DNA from: Perna viridis | Taxonomy: Eukaryota | Length of the DNA stretch: 64,000 nucleotides | Direction: 5' to 3' | Assembly (NCBI GenBank): GCA_037379345.1 | Contig: CM074511.1 | Coordinates: 58,472,862-58,536,861 of the forward strand | Shown: positions 11,256 through 24,100 of the stretch, piece after piece | Layout of the letters: each line of letters starts with the position of its first letter | How positions within the stretch are numbered: the stretch's first letter is position 1 | The notes under the pieces: model-generated | Databases searched by the model: none | The model's input: the letters and a program-made list of their open reading frames with translations, nothing else | What the model was told of the DNA's origin: nothing | Translations under genes and position numbers: made by a program

Positions 11256-14200
11256 ATGGGGTAAGTAATTATAGAATATAGGCAAAACAACCCTGTTTTT
11301 AAGACAATCATTATGATACTAGATTCTGATATATGGCACTTTATTTTGCGTAAAATGCTTGACTCCTTGATTTATTTCCTTAATAAGACCTACACTCGAT
11401 CATAAAATTTGAATGTATTGTCGTAGTCGCATTTTTCATTCAATGTTGACGCGAGGATGACGTTCAGTGGATAAGCGTTCAATGTAGATGCGAGGGTATC
11501 GTTCAGTAAAACACCAGTCAGGTGAGGTTAATGTGAGGTTGTCGTTCAGTGGATCACCATTCACTGTTGATGTGGGGGTATCGTTCAGTAGATCACCATT
11601 CGATGTTGACGTGAGGGTGTCGTTCAGTAGATCACCGTTCGATGTTGAAGAGGGTGTCGTTCAGTAGATCACCATTCAATGTTGACGTGAGGGCGTCGTT
11701 CATTGGATCAGCATTTTAAAATCTTTCCTTGTCATAACATAATAGGGGACGACCATTTGATATCGAGGGGGAGGCTTGGAGGATTTATTAACTATTCATT
11801 TACATGTTCCCTACACTTATTTTTTTGTAGACACAGCACTATTATTATTTTTTTCATTTCTTTCTCCTTAAGTTAAATCCAGATCACAATTTTTTTTTCA
11901 AAGAAGTATGTGAAGTTAAGAAAATGTAAACCGAATTTAAGTTTCAATGTAAATTTTGGTTATGTCAAATGCAAAATATGTTAAGTTTATCATCATACAT
12001 CAGCAATTATAGTTGTCTTATTCAAGAAGAACAAACTTTCATGATTTCAGTTTTTATTTTCTTATGAAAGTCGCATAGTCCCTCCTGTACCCCGGTGGGG
12101 CAACCTGTTTAACCTGCTTACGCATTTTTTGTTTTTCCGTGGTATATTCTAAGTTCATCATACAGAAACCATTCAAACTTTCACTAGTAACTGGTGTGGC
12201 GTAATAATCTCACTTGATACTTAATAGTATACCCGCATATCCTATATGCACACTACGTTTTAGCTCAGCGAAGTTTACACAATTAAACATATACATCCAG
12301 TTTCTAACATTTATTTAGAGGTGTAAAAAAGATATTATGAAAAATAAATACTAGGTGTTTTTACGAGAGTTTAATTATTTATTTTGGGTATGCTACAATG
12401 TTTGGTTTTTTAAATAGCACAGATCAATATTTTTGTTTTTATCATAATTATATGATCTCATTTTTTTTTACTTAAACATTCATGGGTTAAAATATTTATT
12501 TAAAAAGTCTTCCAAGCCTCCCCCTCAATATCAAATAGTCTTCCCTTTAAGTTGAACGCAAATTGTTCTTCATTAAAGACAGAAGAAATATTGAATTCTG
12601 GTATTTGTGAAATATTCGGGGATGGGTATTTAGTTCTTTATATGCTCATAGCACATTTTCTGTGTTCTCGGCCTCTAACAACAGCAGAATGGATCTATAA
12701 TGCTTCATTTCACCTGGTTTCTATAGAATAATGATGTCTCTCACCACTCCCACGGTATCAACCCCATATACTAACCACTTCCGGTTTTAGGCCAATCTAA
12801 AGCCAAAAATTGCAGAAAATCTTTATTTTTTTTCTCATGAGTGACCCATCTGGGAACCCCTGATCTTCCACTTACGACTGTCGTGAACACTTTTTGGCTT
12901 TAATTACCATCAGAGGGAGCAAGCTTTGGAAAACAAAATTGCACTTTGGACACTGTCTTACCCATGGTGAGCAACACATCCGGTGAAAATGACCAAAGAT
13001 CACTCAAAAAGACCATTTTTAGGCAACACACCCATTTTCCCGCCCATGGAATTCATTTTAGAGCTTATTAATTCATCCGTTCAGAAATCACGGACCTAAT
13101 TGGAATCAAAAACAGTCACTGATAACCTGACAAAAACTTGAGCAAAATGAATGGATTTCTTTGAAATGATATCATAAAATGCCATACTAAAGGAAGACTG
13201 GTTTTGATTTTTTGGGTTGATATAATTTTCGGTTTTGCCTATGAGGGACAGAGCTATTTGTATTGAAGTTACAATGTACAGCTATGTTGATTTATCGCTG
13301 ATGCTTCGACCAAAGGGAATATTTGAGACTTTGTGCGACTACGTTGAAAGTCCAAACAATCACATTCTAACTGAAAACGTCACTTCATAAATATGTGCAC
13401 TAACACTCCTTCTCTTTTACATCAATCGTTTAAGGACGAGGGACCAGAAACGAGCATTTTCTTGACGTCTTGGTCCAATTTGGTAATAGTCAAATTCATA
13501 TCCTGTGTCTAACGTTTGATGGCGCTCCTAATTCTGCGCTGTATCAAGCTTGAATAAGGCGTCCAAACTTGCCCCAACTGTTCAATGTTCGAACTTCGTG
13601 TTTGTATCAAGCTGCTCACGTGAAGTATTTTTTATTTGAATAACAAAAAGCTTCTTGTCCTCATCATAGAAACAGGTCAGTCGTATATAATTAAAATGTT
13701 GGCTTTAACTACACTCAATAAACAACTTGAGGCTAAATCTATTTCGTCTGCAAACATGGAGTTGATTCTCCAAAATGTAAGAAAAAAACTGCCATGTTTC
13801 TAGTATTGCATTATTTCGCGTTTAAGAACAAGCTCTGTAAAACTAATAGGTTAATTGGGTGTTATAATACGCATGTGTGATGAACTGAATGGCTAGAAGT
13901 TATGATGATAGGACAACCATTCAACTAGTCATAAATATAAAAAAAATAAAATAAAATAAAGAGGCACCGTTGGCTCGCTCTTCAAAAGCTTTCACGCAAA
14001 CCTAACGGGCATATTGACGGAAAATTCGACGTTCAGACAATGAAAAGGAACACAAGTAGAGGACAAATGAACTTTCCCATTCGCATGTATTAACATTGTA
14101 TTCATATACAACCTTATAGTGGCTTCCAAATAGATCAATGTGTGCATTGCTACTTAAACTGATATACTGACATATTTGTTTTTTTCCTTCGGACTAGTGG

Positions 14201-15078
14201 CATCACTAGCCAATAACAATTGATATTTTAACTATCTTATCTAGCTTCGTCAATACCATGTTTTTATAAATTGTTTGTCAAAAAGAACAGGGTTTATCCC
14301 TATTTAAAACTATTTAATTCATCTTGTATAGACGTGCTTCTGTTTAAATCAATTGTATCGAACGTCCTTGGTATCGAATATAATATATAAGGTATGTAAA
14401 CTTTACAAAATAATTGATCAAGGCCTATGGTGTTCCTGTAGGGAATCGTCTTTGAACTGCCCAACAACGCTGTCACGTTTTTGGGTTCCTTCCAATAATC
14501 AGGTACTGTCTTCTATGACTTTCTGTAGCTGGAATAGATTTATCAATATATCTGAAGGATTTTTTTAATAAAATAAATAGTTCAACGATCACATATTACT
14601 CCTATGTCCATAACTTTCAATATAGTATGTATTAGAAATGCCACATGCGTGTTTCAATTTCTTAAAACACCTCCGCGACTCTGATCATTAAAACAAAAAA
14701 AAAAACAAAAACAAAAACAGATTGTGAGTCCTCTAAAAATGAGATCGTATAAAATGGTATGGCGTTATCACCGTCGTCGTCGTCGTCGTCGAAGACTCGA
14801 ATATTCAGGGCGGATCCAGAGGGGGCAAAGAGACACGTGCCCCGCGGCAGTTGTCACGAAAACACTATGGGCTAATTTTGTAACAAAAGTAGGTGTTTTT
14901 GTCCGTGAATAGGACTTTAAATTGTGATAAAACATGTTACATGTTACAAAGTGAGCACTGTTTTATATTGGTTTAATTAAGGTAGATGTTTTTCGTCATA
15001 TATGTACATGTTTAAGTTCAGTTTTCAAATAGAGCTCAAGTATTCACAATAATGACTAAAAGATAGAAAATAACGTTT

Positions 15079-15125
<47 letters not shown>

Positions 15126-18100
15126 AAACAGTATCAAAGAAATGGTTTATGATTTTAACCTTAAACAAAGTGACTCTTAATCTATTGATCTCGGTAATTG
15201 TCAATTATCTATTTTGACACCTTTAAACTAATTATGACGGCCGTGTATACAGTATAGACTACTGTAACAATTGTTTTACAAGATAACCCCTTCAGGTAAA
15301 AATGAGTCAATTTTTGTGAATGGAATGAAGAAGAAATTCATAGATACTTTTTCGATATTGGACTATTCATTGCCAAAATTCTTACCGACACCGCGAAAAA
15401 TTTGATCTGCTAACACATGTATACCAACCCGATTTTTCATTTACATTTCCTTCTTGCCGAAACTACGCAGACTTTTTGTATCGCGCTAGAACTCTAACAA
15501 ATAGGCTTTTGGAACAGGGTTATGTTGCTACAAGATTGAAGTCATCACTACAGAAGTTTTATGGTCGTCATCATGAACTCATGGATCGTTATGGTGTATC
15601 CATCAGCACCATGAAAACTGATTTATTCAACGGGTCATAGTTTTCCTTTCCTCGTTTGTCTACCCCGGATTTGACTATTTATGAGCAACTCGGTGGGTGT
15701 TTCTAGAAAAGCAGAGGACGCTTACCCTACCGGTGCACCTGGTCCATGCTCCCAGTTTTTAGTGGAGTCCGAGTTGCTCATTTACTTTTGTTACTTTGTA
15801 TGTATGATTTTAGTTACTTTATGTTCTTTGTTGTGTATGTCTTTGTCCCTGGATTACATTCTTTTGATTACCGCTATAACCTTGGTTCCCTTGATTACTC
15901 TTCCAAGCAAATTTAAGGAACTCTGCATTTTTTCTGCAAAGTTGTGCCCCCGGCAATGCTACCCCTGGATCCGCCCCTGATATAAGTCGGTTGATAAGAT
16001 TAAACAATGTTTAATTTCAAACCACAAAAGATAGATGAATATTGACTTAATGAATCATGACCCCAACCATTTTGAAATGAAGGACGAAAAAGGGGTCCAA
16101 ATATGCATTTGATAAAATTAATTTAACTACAGAACTCAAGTACAAGTCTATGAATCTCTGTACCACAATGTTCTATACCATAAAGGTGAGACTGGGAATA
16201 GTTTGGGTTTGGGAGTTGTGACCTGATTCATTGAGGAGTTAAGAAGTAAGACATAGATAAGTGTTTATTCCAACTTTGTGTAAATTACTTATTTCTTATG
16301 TTTAACTGCAAATTATGAAATCCTCTTGACCACTTTTATTTTGATCAAAATCTTGTCCAACAAACGATCACAATCCATCCAATTTATAGATAAGATATTT
16401 TCTTATCTCTCAGGGAAACTGTCAGAAGAGCCGACTCTAAGACTGTTCTTGCATAAAGCTTGCCATATTCAGCTATTGTTGTCATCAAGTCACCTGTTTA
16501 ATGGCGATCGTTCAATGTTTTTTTTTTCTCTTTTCGCAACGTTAGAAAAAAAAAAAAAACAGTGCGGGGGGTTAATTGGTTGCATCAAAACCTGTTTGAA
16601 AAAAGTCCTTCCAACTCCTACCTAATATTATCTTCATACATATAATTTTTATTACGTCTACATAAAACATATTTTCTTGCTTCAAATTTCCCGGTCTTTT
16701 GATTGTTAATAAGATGTTAGGACAGATCTCTTGAGGGGCCAGCCAAAAAGGGACCAGAAACAAGCATTTGCATGACTCTGGACAATAATTTGCTTAAATG
16801 TGAATGGATCTCTATTTCTACCAGAAGGTGTGATACCACAAATTGATTTGGATTGATTATCTGAACTGTTTAGGAATTGGGGGCCAAAACAGGGGGTCAG
16901 AAACAGGCATTGTCTTGAAGATAATTTGAAATCTACCACAATCTCAAAAGAAAAGCTTGGGTTTATTTTGGGATTATAACTTGAAACGTTTAGGAATTAG
17001 GGGCCAAAAAGGGACCAGAAACAAACTATTCCATGTCAAGGAAAAAATAAGAGGGTGTCCTTTGAAGCTAAATCTAACCCTGTAATGTAATTTTTGGATT
17101 TTGGACTGAGTGTTTAAATCTGTAATAATAGTATGGGTTAATTATGAAATTTGTCAATGAGATACATGTATTAGTAATATATTCGGTTGGAATTACAGAA
17201 CACACATAAATTACTACAGTAATCCATTTTAAGGTCTTACTCTGCACAGTCACATAACTGTTTATTGATTTTGAACATTTCTATCCTTTGTAGTGAAAGA
17301 GTTTTTTGAACACTTTCATTCTGTGTAAGAAACTTTAATCTTAGCTTAAATGGTGGGTGCATACATGCTTTCCTAAACTGTTCAGGTATCGTATCAAGCT
17401 GCGCATTGTGAAGCATTTTGTTATGTTTGTTATTTAGTGGCTTTATGAGTATATATGATGAAATGTATAATTATTTGTTCCAATATGCCTGGTCCTAGGA
17501 GATAATTCACGTCGGTCGAAAAATCAATAGTTTCTATTGTGTTTCAGTGTCATTTACAGAGTTATCTCTCTTAATTTTGAATTCTTCAACACGTTTGCTA
17601 TTACCAGTAATTAAAATCTCTTAAGATCAAGGCCTATATGAAAGCCACATGTTTACTATACCATTTTAAACAAAATATAAAAATATAAATATGTAAACTT
17701 TCCAACCATGCATCACACAACGATCGTCGTTCGATATTACTTCATAATCTACAGAAAAAAACTAACACGTGTACAAAACCAAACCAATACAGGGAAATAG
17801 GTTTTCCTGGAGTTTAAAATGAAAGACGATAATTTTGCGTGGTCTGGATGGGATGTTATTAAAGTGACAATCTACTTTATCCATCTATTTTAACTCATCT
17901 TCTTATATAATGCTTATTTTTTTCAAATTTGTCTAGAGACATTCGATTATATAATGACTCGGGAAAATATCAATATTTCAAAAATGGCGCATTAACTAAA
18001 TATATTTTTGATTTAAAGAAATCATATCCTTGACATTTTATCTTGTTTTCTTTTTATAGGGTTTATACATTTGCTTCGAAGCCCACGACACCAGGTGAGA

Positions 18101-21100
18101 GAACCCCCGATCTATTAATAAGATTTCAAGCGGTTTCCCGAACACAGCCATGTGTCCATTACCGCTTCATGTCCGTCCATTCTCGGACCAAGCTCATACA
18201 AGTCCGCAGATATATCACCAAATACTTTAAAACTGTCTATGAGACCGGCTTTGTGTTTCTGTGCAAGACCAAGCAAATTTTGAAATCGGATGAGAATAAG
18301 CTGACGGTTTTCGACATTCTACCTAAGATACCGGAGATCAGCTCTGGTAAAACACCTGCTGAATGTTTCCAGTACCCGGATGTTCAGTATAAGAAGGTAA
18401 GAAAAAATATATATTTTACAAGGAACTAGAGCGATCAATAAGTGAAAATACCTAGGACTGACGAATTTTCAGGATGACAAAGAAAAGACACAAATGACAA
18501 CTCGACTCAACAAATGATCCGTATTTGTTTGTATTTGAAATCTTTAATCCACAAATATTTACCGTTGCTAAGTCGACTTAGATACAATATGAAAGTACAT
18601 TGAATGCATTTTAAACAACTTTACTATGTAAAACAGGTTCGTTCGTAGGACTATTTATTTCGTGATTTAAAGTGAATTAAAGTGTTGTTTTTGCACCTGT
18701 CAATTTTATAAATTTAAATTACAAAATTACTATTGCATGTTTCAATAATACATACATTAGAGACGTCGATAGTGCGCTTTAAATTACAGCAAATATTTCA
18801 TTTTAATTGTTCAATGAATTCCTTGTATCGAGAAATGAATGAGGACAAAAAACAAGTTCCTTACTGGTTATATTAACTATTGGACATTTCGTCAGTATCG
18901 GCATGCCCCTGCGCACCATAGAAAGTGAAGTCTCTTAATGCTCCATGGTTAGACACAACGCATGCACTGACAGCACTTCGACCAGAATTAAGACCATGTG
19001 TTCGACTCCACCCCTTTGTTAATGGATCATATACTTCAACTGCGTCAGAAGTAGTTTCGCCATCAAATCCACCGATTGCAAATACATTGCCATTCAAAAC
19101 AACTGCCGCAAAGTTACTTCTCCCAACTTCCATACTGTCAAAAGATCTCCAAGTATTTCTTTTAAAATCAAACTGTTCAACACTTTGCAGTCTAGAGCCA
19201 CCATCATAACCTCCTAATGCCACCAAAGAATTATTCAGTGTTACAAGAGCAACACCACTACGTGCCATAGACATTTTCTCTAGAAGTGTCCATTGCTCAT
19301 TGACTGGATCGTAACACTCGACTGAGTCCAAACAGGTTTGACCATCGAACCCACCGACGACGTATAATTTTCTGTTGTAGCTTGCTGAGCCAGCGTCACT
19401 TCGGGTCTGCATCATTGGCTTTACAAGCGTCCACTGGTTACACGTGTTGTCGTATCGCTCCACCGAATCGTGACGATGTCGACCGTCAAACCCGCCACAG
19501 GCGTAAATAAAGTTATCTACAACACATGCAGTAACATAACATCTGGCAAAATGCATAGGTCCTCGTTCAAACCATGCTTTTCTCTCTGGGTCGAAACATA
19601 TGACACTACTTAAGTAGCGAAGACCGTCGAAACCGCCAATAACAAAAATCAGATTGTTTGATGTAACTGTTCCATGATACGATCGCTTTGACGTCATTGG
19701 TTGAACTGTAGTATACCAGTTGTCAACATTCTTGTCATAAGTCTCAATACTATTTACTACGCCTTCACTGGACCATCCCCCGACAGTAAAAATTACACTA
19801 GACGGAACACGTGGTCTCAAAAGCGGATCATTTAGAGACACTTTTGTTATCTGAGTCTTACCACGTAAATCAAGAACCTGCTTTGCTTTCTCTATTGCGG
19901 CTTCACAAACCTTTGATTTTTTAATTGTTTTATTCTTTTCTATTACATCAGTGATAAAGTTTTGCTTGCAGAATGCTAAACGTACAGCTCGAAACAGTGA
20001 TCCATACTGATTTCTTCTTGAAATGTAGCTGAAGTCAATCCACCTGTGAATAGCTTGAAAAACTTCGCTTTCATCATTCACCAACAACTCGTCATTTTCT
20101 AGCAGCTCCAAAAGATCTGATGGCTCCATTGCCACAAATTCCTGGCTTAATTCTAAGATATTTGCCAAATTTGACGATACAAATTTCATAGCTTTCGATT
20201 TAAGAACTTCACAGTTGTAATATTTAGCAAATTTTAGTATCCCAATACAATTTTCAATACATATTTCGTTTATTAGATATTGTGTGCACTCTTTCATAAG
20301 CCCAAATATATGGAATCTGTCTGCTGCGGCGAATATATTTTCAAAATTTCTTTCATTTATGTTGACTGTGCGAATGTATACGTACTCTAAAACTTGCCGT
20401 ATTGTTTCTGATGAAACTCCAGAAATATTTATCTCTTTGTTTGACTCATCTGTTCCGTATTTGAATAAAGATCTGAAATACTGGCTACAGCTTGCAAGAA
20501 CAACACGATGAATAGGTATGATAACACCCTTTTCTTCTGGAAATGTAATGACCGCGTCACAAAATAAGTTTTTTCTTCGTAGTTCGTTTAACTCCATTAC
20601 GAAATCACTGTCTGCAATTTCCATATTGTATTATGTGAGTCAGCTATAAATTAACATGTTGCTCATTTTTTGCCAGGATGTCTTCATAAACTTTTCTACT
20701 TTATGACGTCAATTCGCGGCAACATGAATGATGTGTTTGAACGCCATAGAATTACCCACGATACGCGCGCGTAGTTTTCGAAACGGTATTTCGGAATATT
20801 AAGGCCGATTAATTTGAACTGTTTTATTTTGCACTGAAAATATACTTGTTTTTAGTGTGAAAACTGTCATGATTAAATCAGTGACATGAACAACATTGCA
20901 TTCTTTGCTACGCCGTGAGCGCATGATTCACCCGCCCCATGATGGACGTACATAAATAAAAATGGAGTTTTTATATCACATATCATTTGTTATACTGAAG
21001 TTTGCCCTTACAATACGAGAATTTTTATACATAAAATAATTCACTTAAATGAAATGTTTGAGTAGCAATACATGGATTTTTGTTCTCAAGTTAGTTGGAG

Positions 21101-24100
21101 TTACAGTGTGACATGCGATAAAATCCTGTATAAAATACGAAAGTCCCATAATTCTGAAACTAGATTTTTTTTCCCAAAAAGTACACAGACCGTTAGACTA
21201 TTACAAAAGTAAATGTGTAAAGTTTGAAGATAATAGAACAAACGGTTCTGAAGCTACAGTACGACTTTTGAAAAAATCCCATTAAATATGAAAAAGTCAA
21301 CTGCTTCAAAAAGAAAAAAAAAGTAACAGGGCTGAAAATAATAGTAAAAAAAAACAACTGTGCATAGTTTGAAGTAACTCCTGCATGCCATTTCCAAAAT
21401 ATGGAATGACTTATAAAATCTTGATCCTTCCATTTTGAAAGAAAGTTTCATAACTAAAAAACTAAAACTAATTTTCCCCGGAAATTATGCAGACCGTTTG
21501 ACCATCATAAAAACGACTGTAAAGTTTAGAGTTTTTTTTAACAAGGAGTTATCAAGTTACGGTTCGACATTTTCACGCGGAATGACATGTGTATGCCATA
21601 ATACAAACGTCATTGATGGACATATGAAAAGGCTTCGAGTTTTTAAGAATGAATGTCTCAGATATTGTTAATATTTGTATATTACGGACATTTTAAAGAA
21701 TCTAAATATACATGTATTAAGAAATTAAAAGACTGGAATATACTTTTTCTATTCAAGGTGTGGTACAACTATGACGGAAAAAGATATCACTGTATGTGCG
21801 CATGTGTTATATTTCTGTTTGAAAGAAGTAAAGTCAGCCACTGGCCACAAGAAGTTCTTCGTGAAGAACTTGCTGCTAGTGCCATCGATGGCTTCTCCCA
21901 TATACCAACAGATATTATGTCATGGAGTGGCAAACTTGTCGGTAAGTTTATGCATAGTATTACCCCCCTTTTCTAAAGCGTGTTCGCGTACTTAATAGCT
22001 GTTTAGCGCAATTGGCCAAACAAAACGGAATATTGGAACTGCATGATGTTGAAGGTTTCGTCCCTGACGATTTAGAAGATTACTTTTAAAAAACTTAATT
22101 TCTATTCAATGCCATCATCATGGTAATATTTTAGTTATACAATGCATTATCTCCTAGAACGGACCACCTTATTAAACAGTTTACTAAATGTATTGCGATC
22201 TATTTTCCCCTAACATTTTATCTTATATATTTTTTTGATTACCGCTATAACCTTGGTTCCCTTGATTACGCTTTCATATAGCTTAATTTGGCTGTTTATA
22301 TCTTTTTTTAAATTTTCTGAACTTTAATATCAGTCCTTTACATGTCTTTTGAATTCAGAATGTCGTGGAACACCTCTGCATATTTATGCTGCTCTCGGAA
22401 AAAAGGACGAACTTGCTACTGCAATTCATCAACTACAGGATGGCACTACGGCAAAAGCGTTAAAAGACCAGAGGGGAGCCACTCCTCTTCATTATGCAGC
22501 AGCAAATGGGAAGTTGGATGAGTGTGAAATATTAGTCGCTGGAGTTGGGAGTGAGATGATATACCACACAGATAATTGGAAGCGATCGCCATTGCATCAC
22601 GCGCTATACAGGCGAAAAGCTTCCACAATTACATATTTGATCCAAATGAACGCGGACGTGGACACTCCTGATGATAATGGAAACAGTTGCATTGACCTTT
22701 TGTACAAACAGAAAGCGAAAGATGTTGAGTTTATCGTATCTAAACTTGAAACCGACTGTGTTGATGACCGAGTTCGATGCTGTCTTATGTACTTATCTAT
22801 GGCGAACAAAATGTTTTCAAATGTACGACGTATCGCAGATTCCTTAAAACCATCTTCTGAATTGAAACTTGGAACCACTTTTCTACATTTATCAGCAAAA
22901 TACAAGTTGACAGATGTAACTAAGACATTATTAGACAGGGGTTTTGAAAGATCTGAAAGGGATTTAATGGAATTCCTACCTTTTCACATCGCTTGTAAAA
23001 TTGGCGCTATTGATCAAGTATCATTACTTCTATTTCCAAATATTTCCGATGCAGATCTAAACAAGGGAATCCAGCTTTCTATCAGGTATGGTAATATAGA
23101 AGTCTGTCGAGAAATTCATTCTTTCCGGGCTGACATAGAACTCGAGGAAACTACAGTCTGTATGGTAATGCGGACAGCCCAATCTATGCTGCGGAAGTTC
23201 AAATTAAAAACTGTAGACGAAGAACCTTTAAAACATTTTGAGACCGTGGCTAGCATGCTTTTACCAATAATCAAGTCGTTATCCGATGTGTTAAACACTT
23301 ACGTGTTCGATTGTGCTCTTTACGGTGCTGCAGAAACTCTTATTATGCTCAAATCACTTGGTGCTGACTTCAACACATGTGACTACTCCGGTAGGTCACC
23401 GCTTCACGAATCATCTCAATCCAACAAACTCCGATGTACTCAGGTGCTTCTTAAAGGGGGTGCTGATCCTAATGTTACTGACTGGAGAGGTTCCACACCT
23501 CTTCACTATGCTTGTGAAAAAGGAAATAACAACATAGTTAAATGTTTGATGGAAAATACAAATGTCAAAGCGAATATTAAAGACGTAAACGGGCGGACAC
23601 CATTACTGGTCGCAGTGTACCATAGAAGAGATGAAACCGTAAGTTACCTATTAAAGTATTGCGATAAAGTTGTCGACTTGACCTGTTCTGACAAATTTGG
23701 CTACGGACTACTACATTATGGATTGCTTATGAAAGAGGAAACTTTAGATCTTATAGTTGAAAAACTTTCCGGCAAACCGAAGCCGTTACACGACGAAGAA
23801 GGATCAAAGGCTAAAAAGAGAATTAGAGACAGTTCCTGGATACCAAAAATCATCAACACATCGTACAAAGCTGTATCAATTCATGGCAATGATGAGGAAA
23901 GCTCACGTCAGTCATTCTCGCTCACAAAGAATATAAAAATGACTCTCTGGAAGACTAGAGAAGAAGAGCTTCGATGGTCAAGGTCAATACAGAAACTACC
24001 AGAAATTGAGTATGAACAGTGTAGTGGCTGTAGGCACTTTATTAAACCAACAACCAAGTAAGACTAAGCACATTCCATTAAACTTTAGAAAATATGGACA

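Larger units (their letters stand above)
14806..15979. mobile_element. CAGGG(G)CGGATCCAG-TIR MITE containing a nested PLE fragment and a (TG)n(AG)n microsatellite
   Basis: TIRs cagggcggatccag / ctggatccgcccctg; imperfect 5-bp flanks atatt/atata. Confidence 0.65.

Noticed and set aside
11440-11712. 39-bp repeat array as a possible CRISPR
   Set aside because: Units are contiguous with no unique spacers, there are no cas genes, and the context is a eukaryotic intron
15681-15980. Recurrent hydrophobic ORF MSNSVGVSRKAEDAYPTGAPG... (also at 36452, 56483/56496, 60446)
   Set aside because: It lies in the 3' tail of the PLE copies and is frameshifted in two of four; recurrence is explained by transposition and hydrophobicity by T-richness
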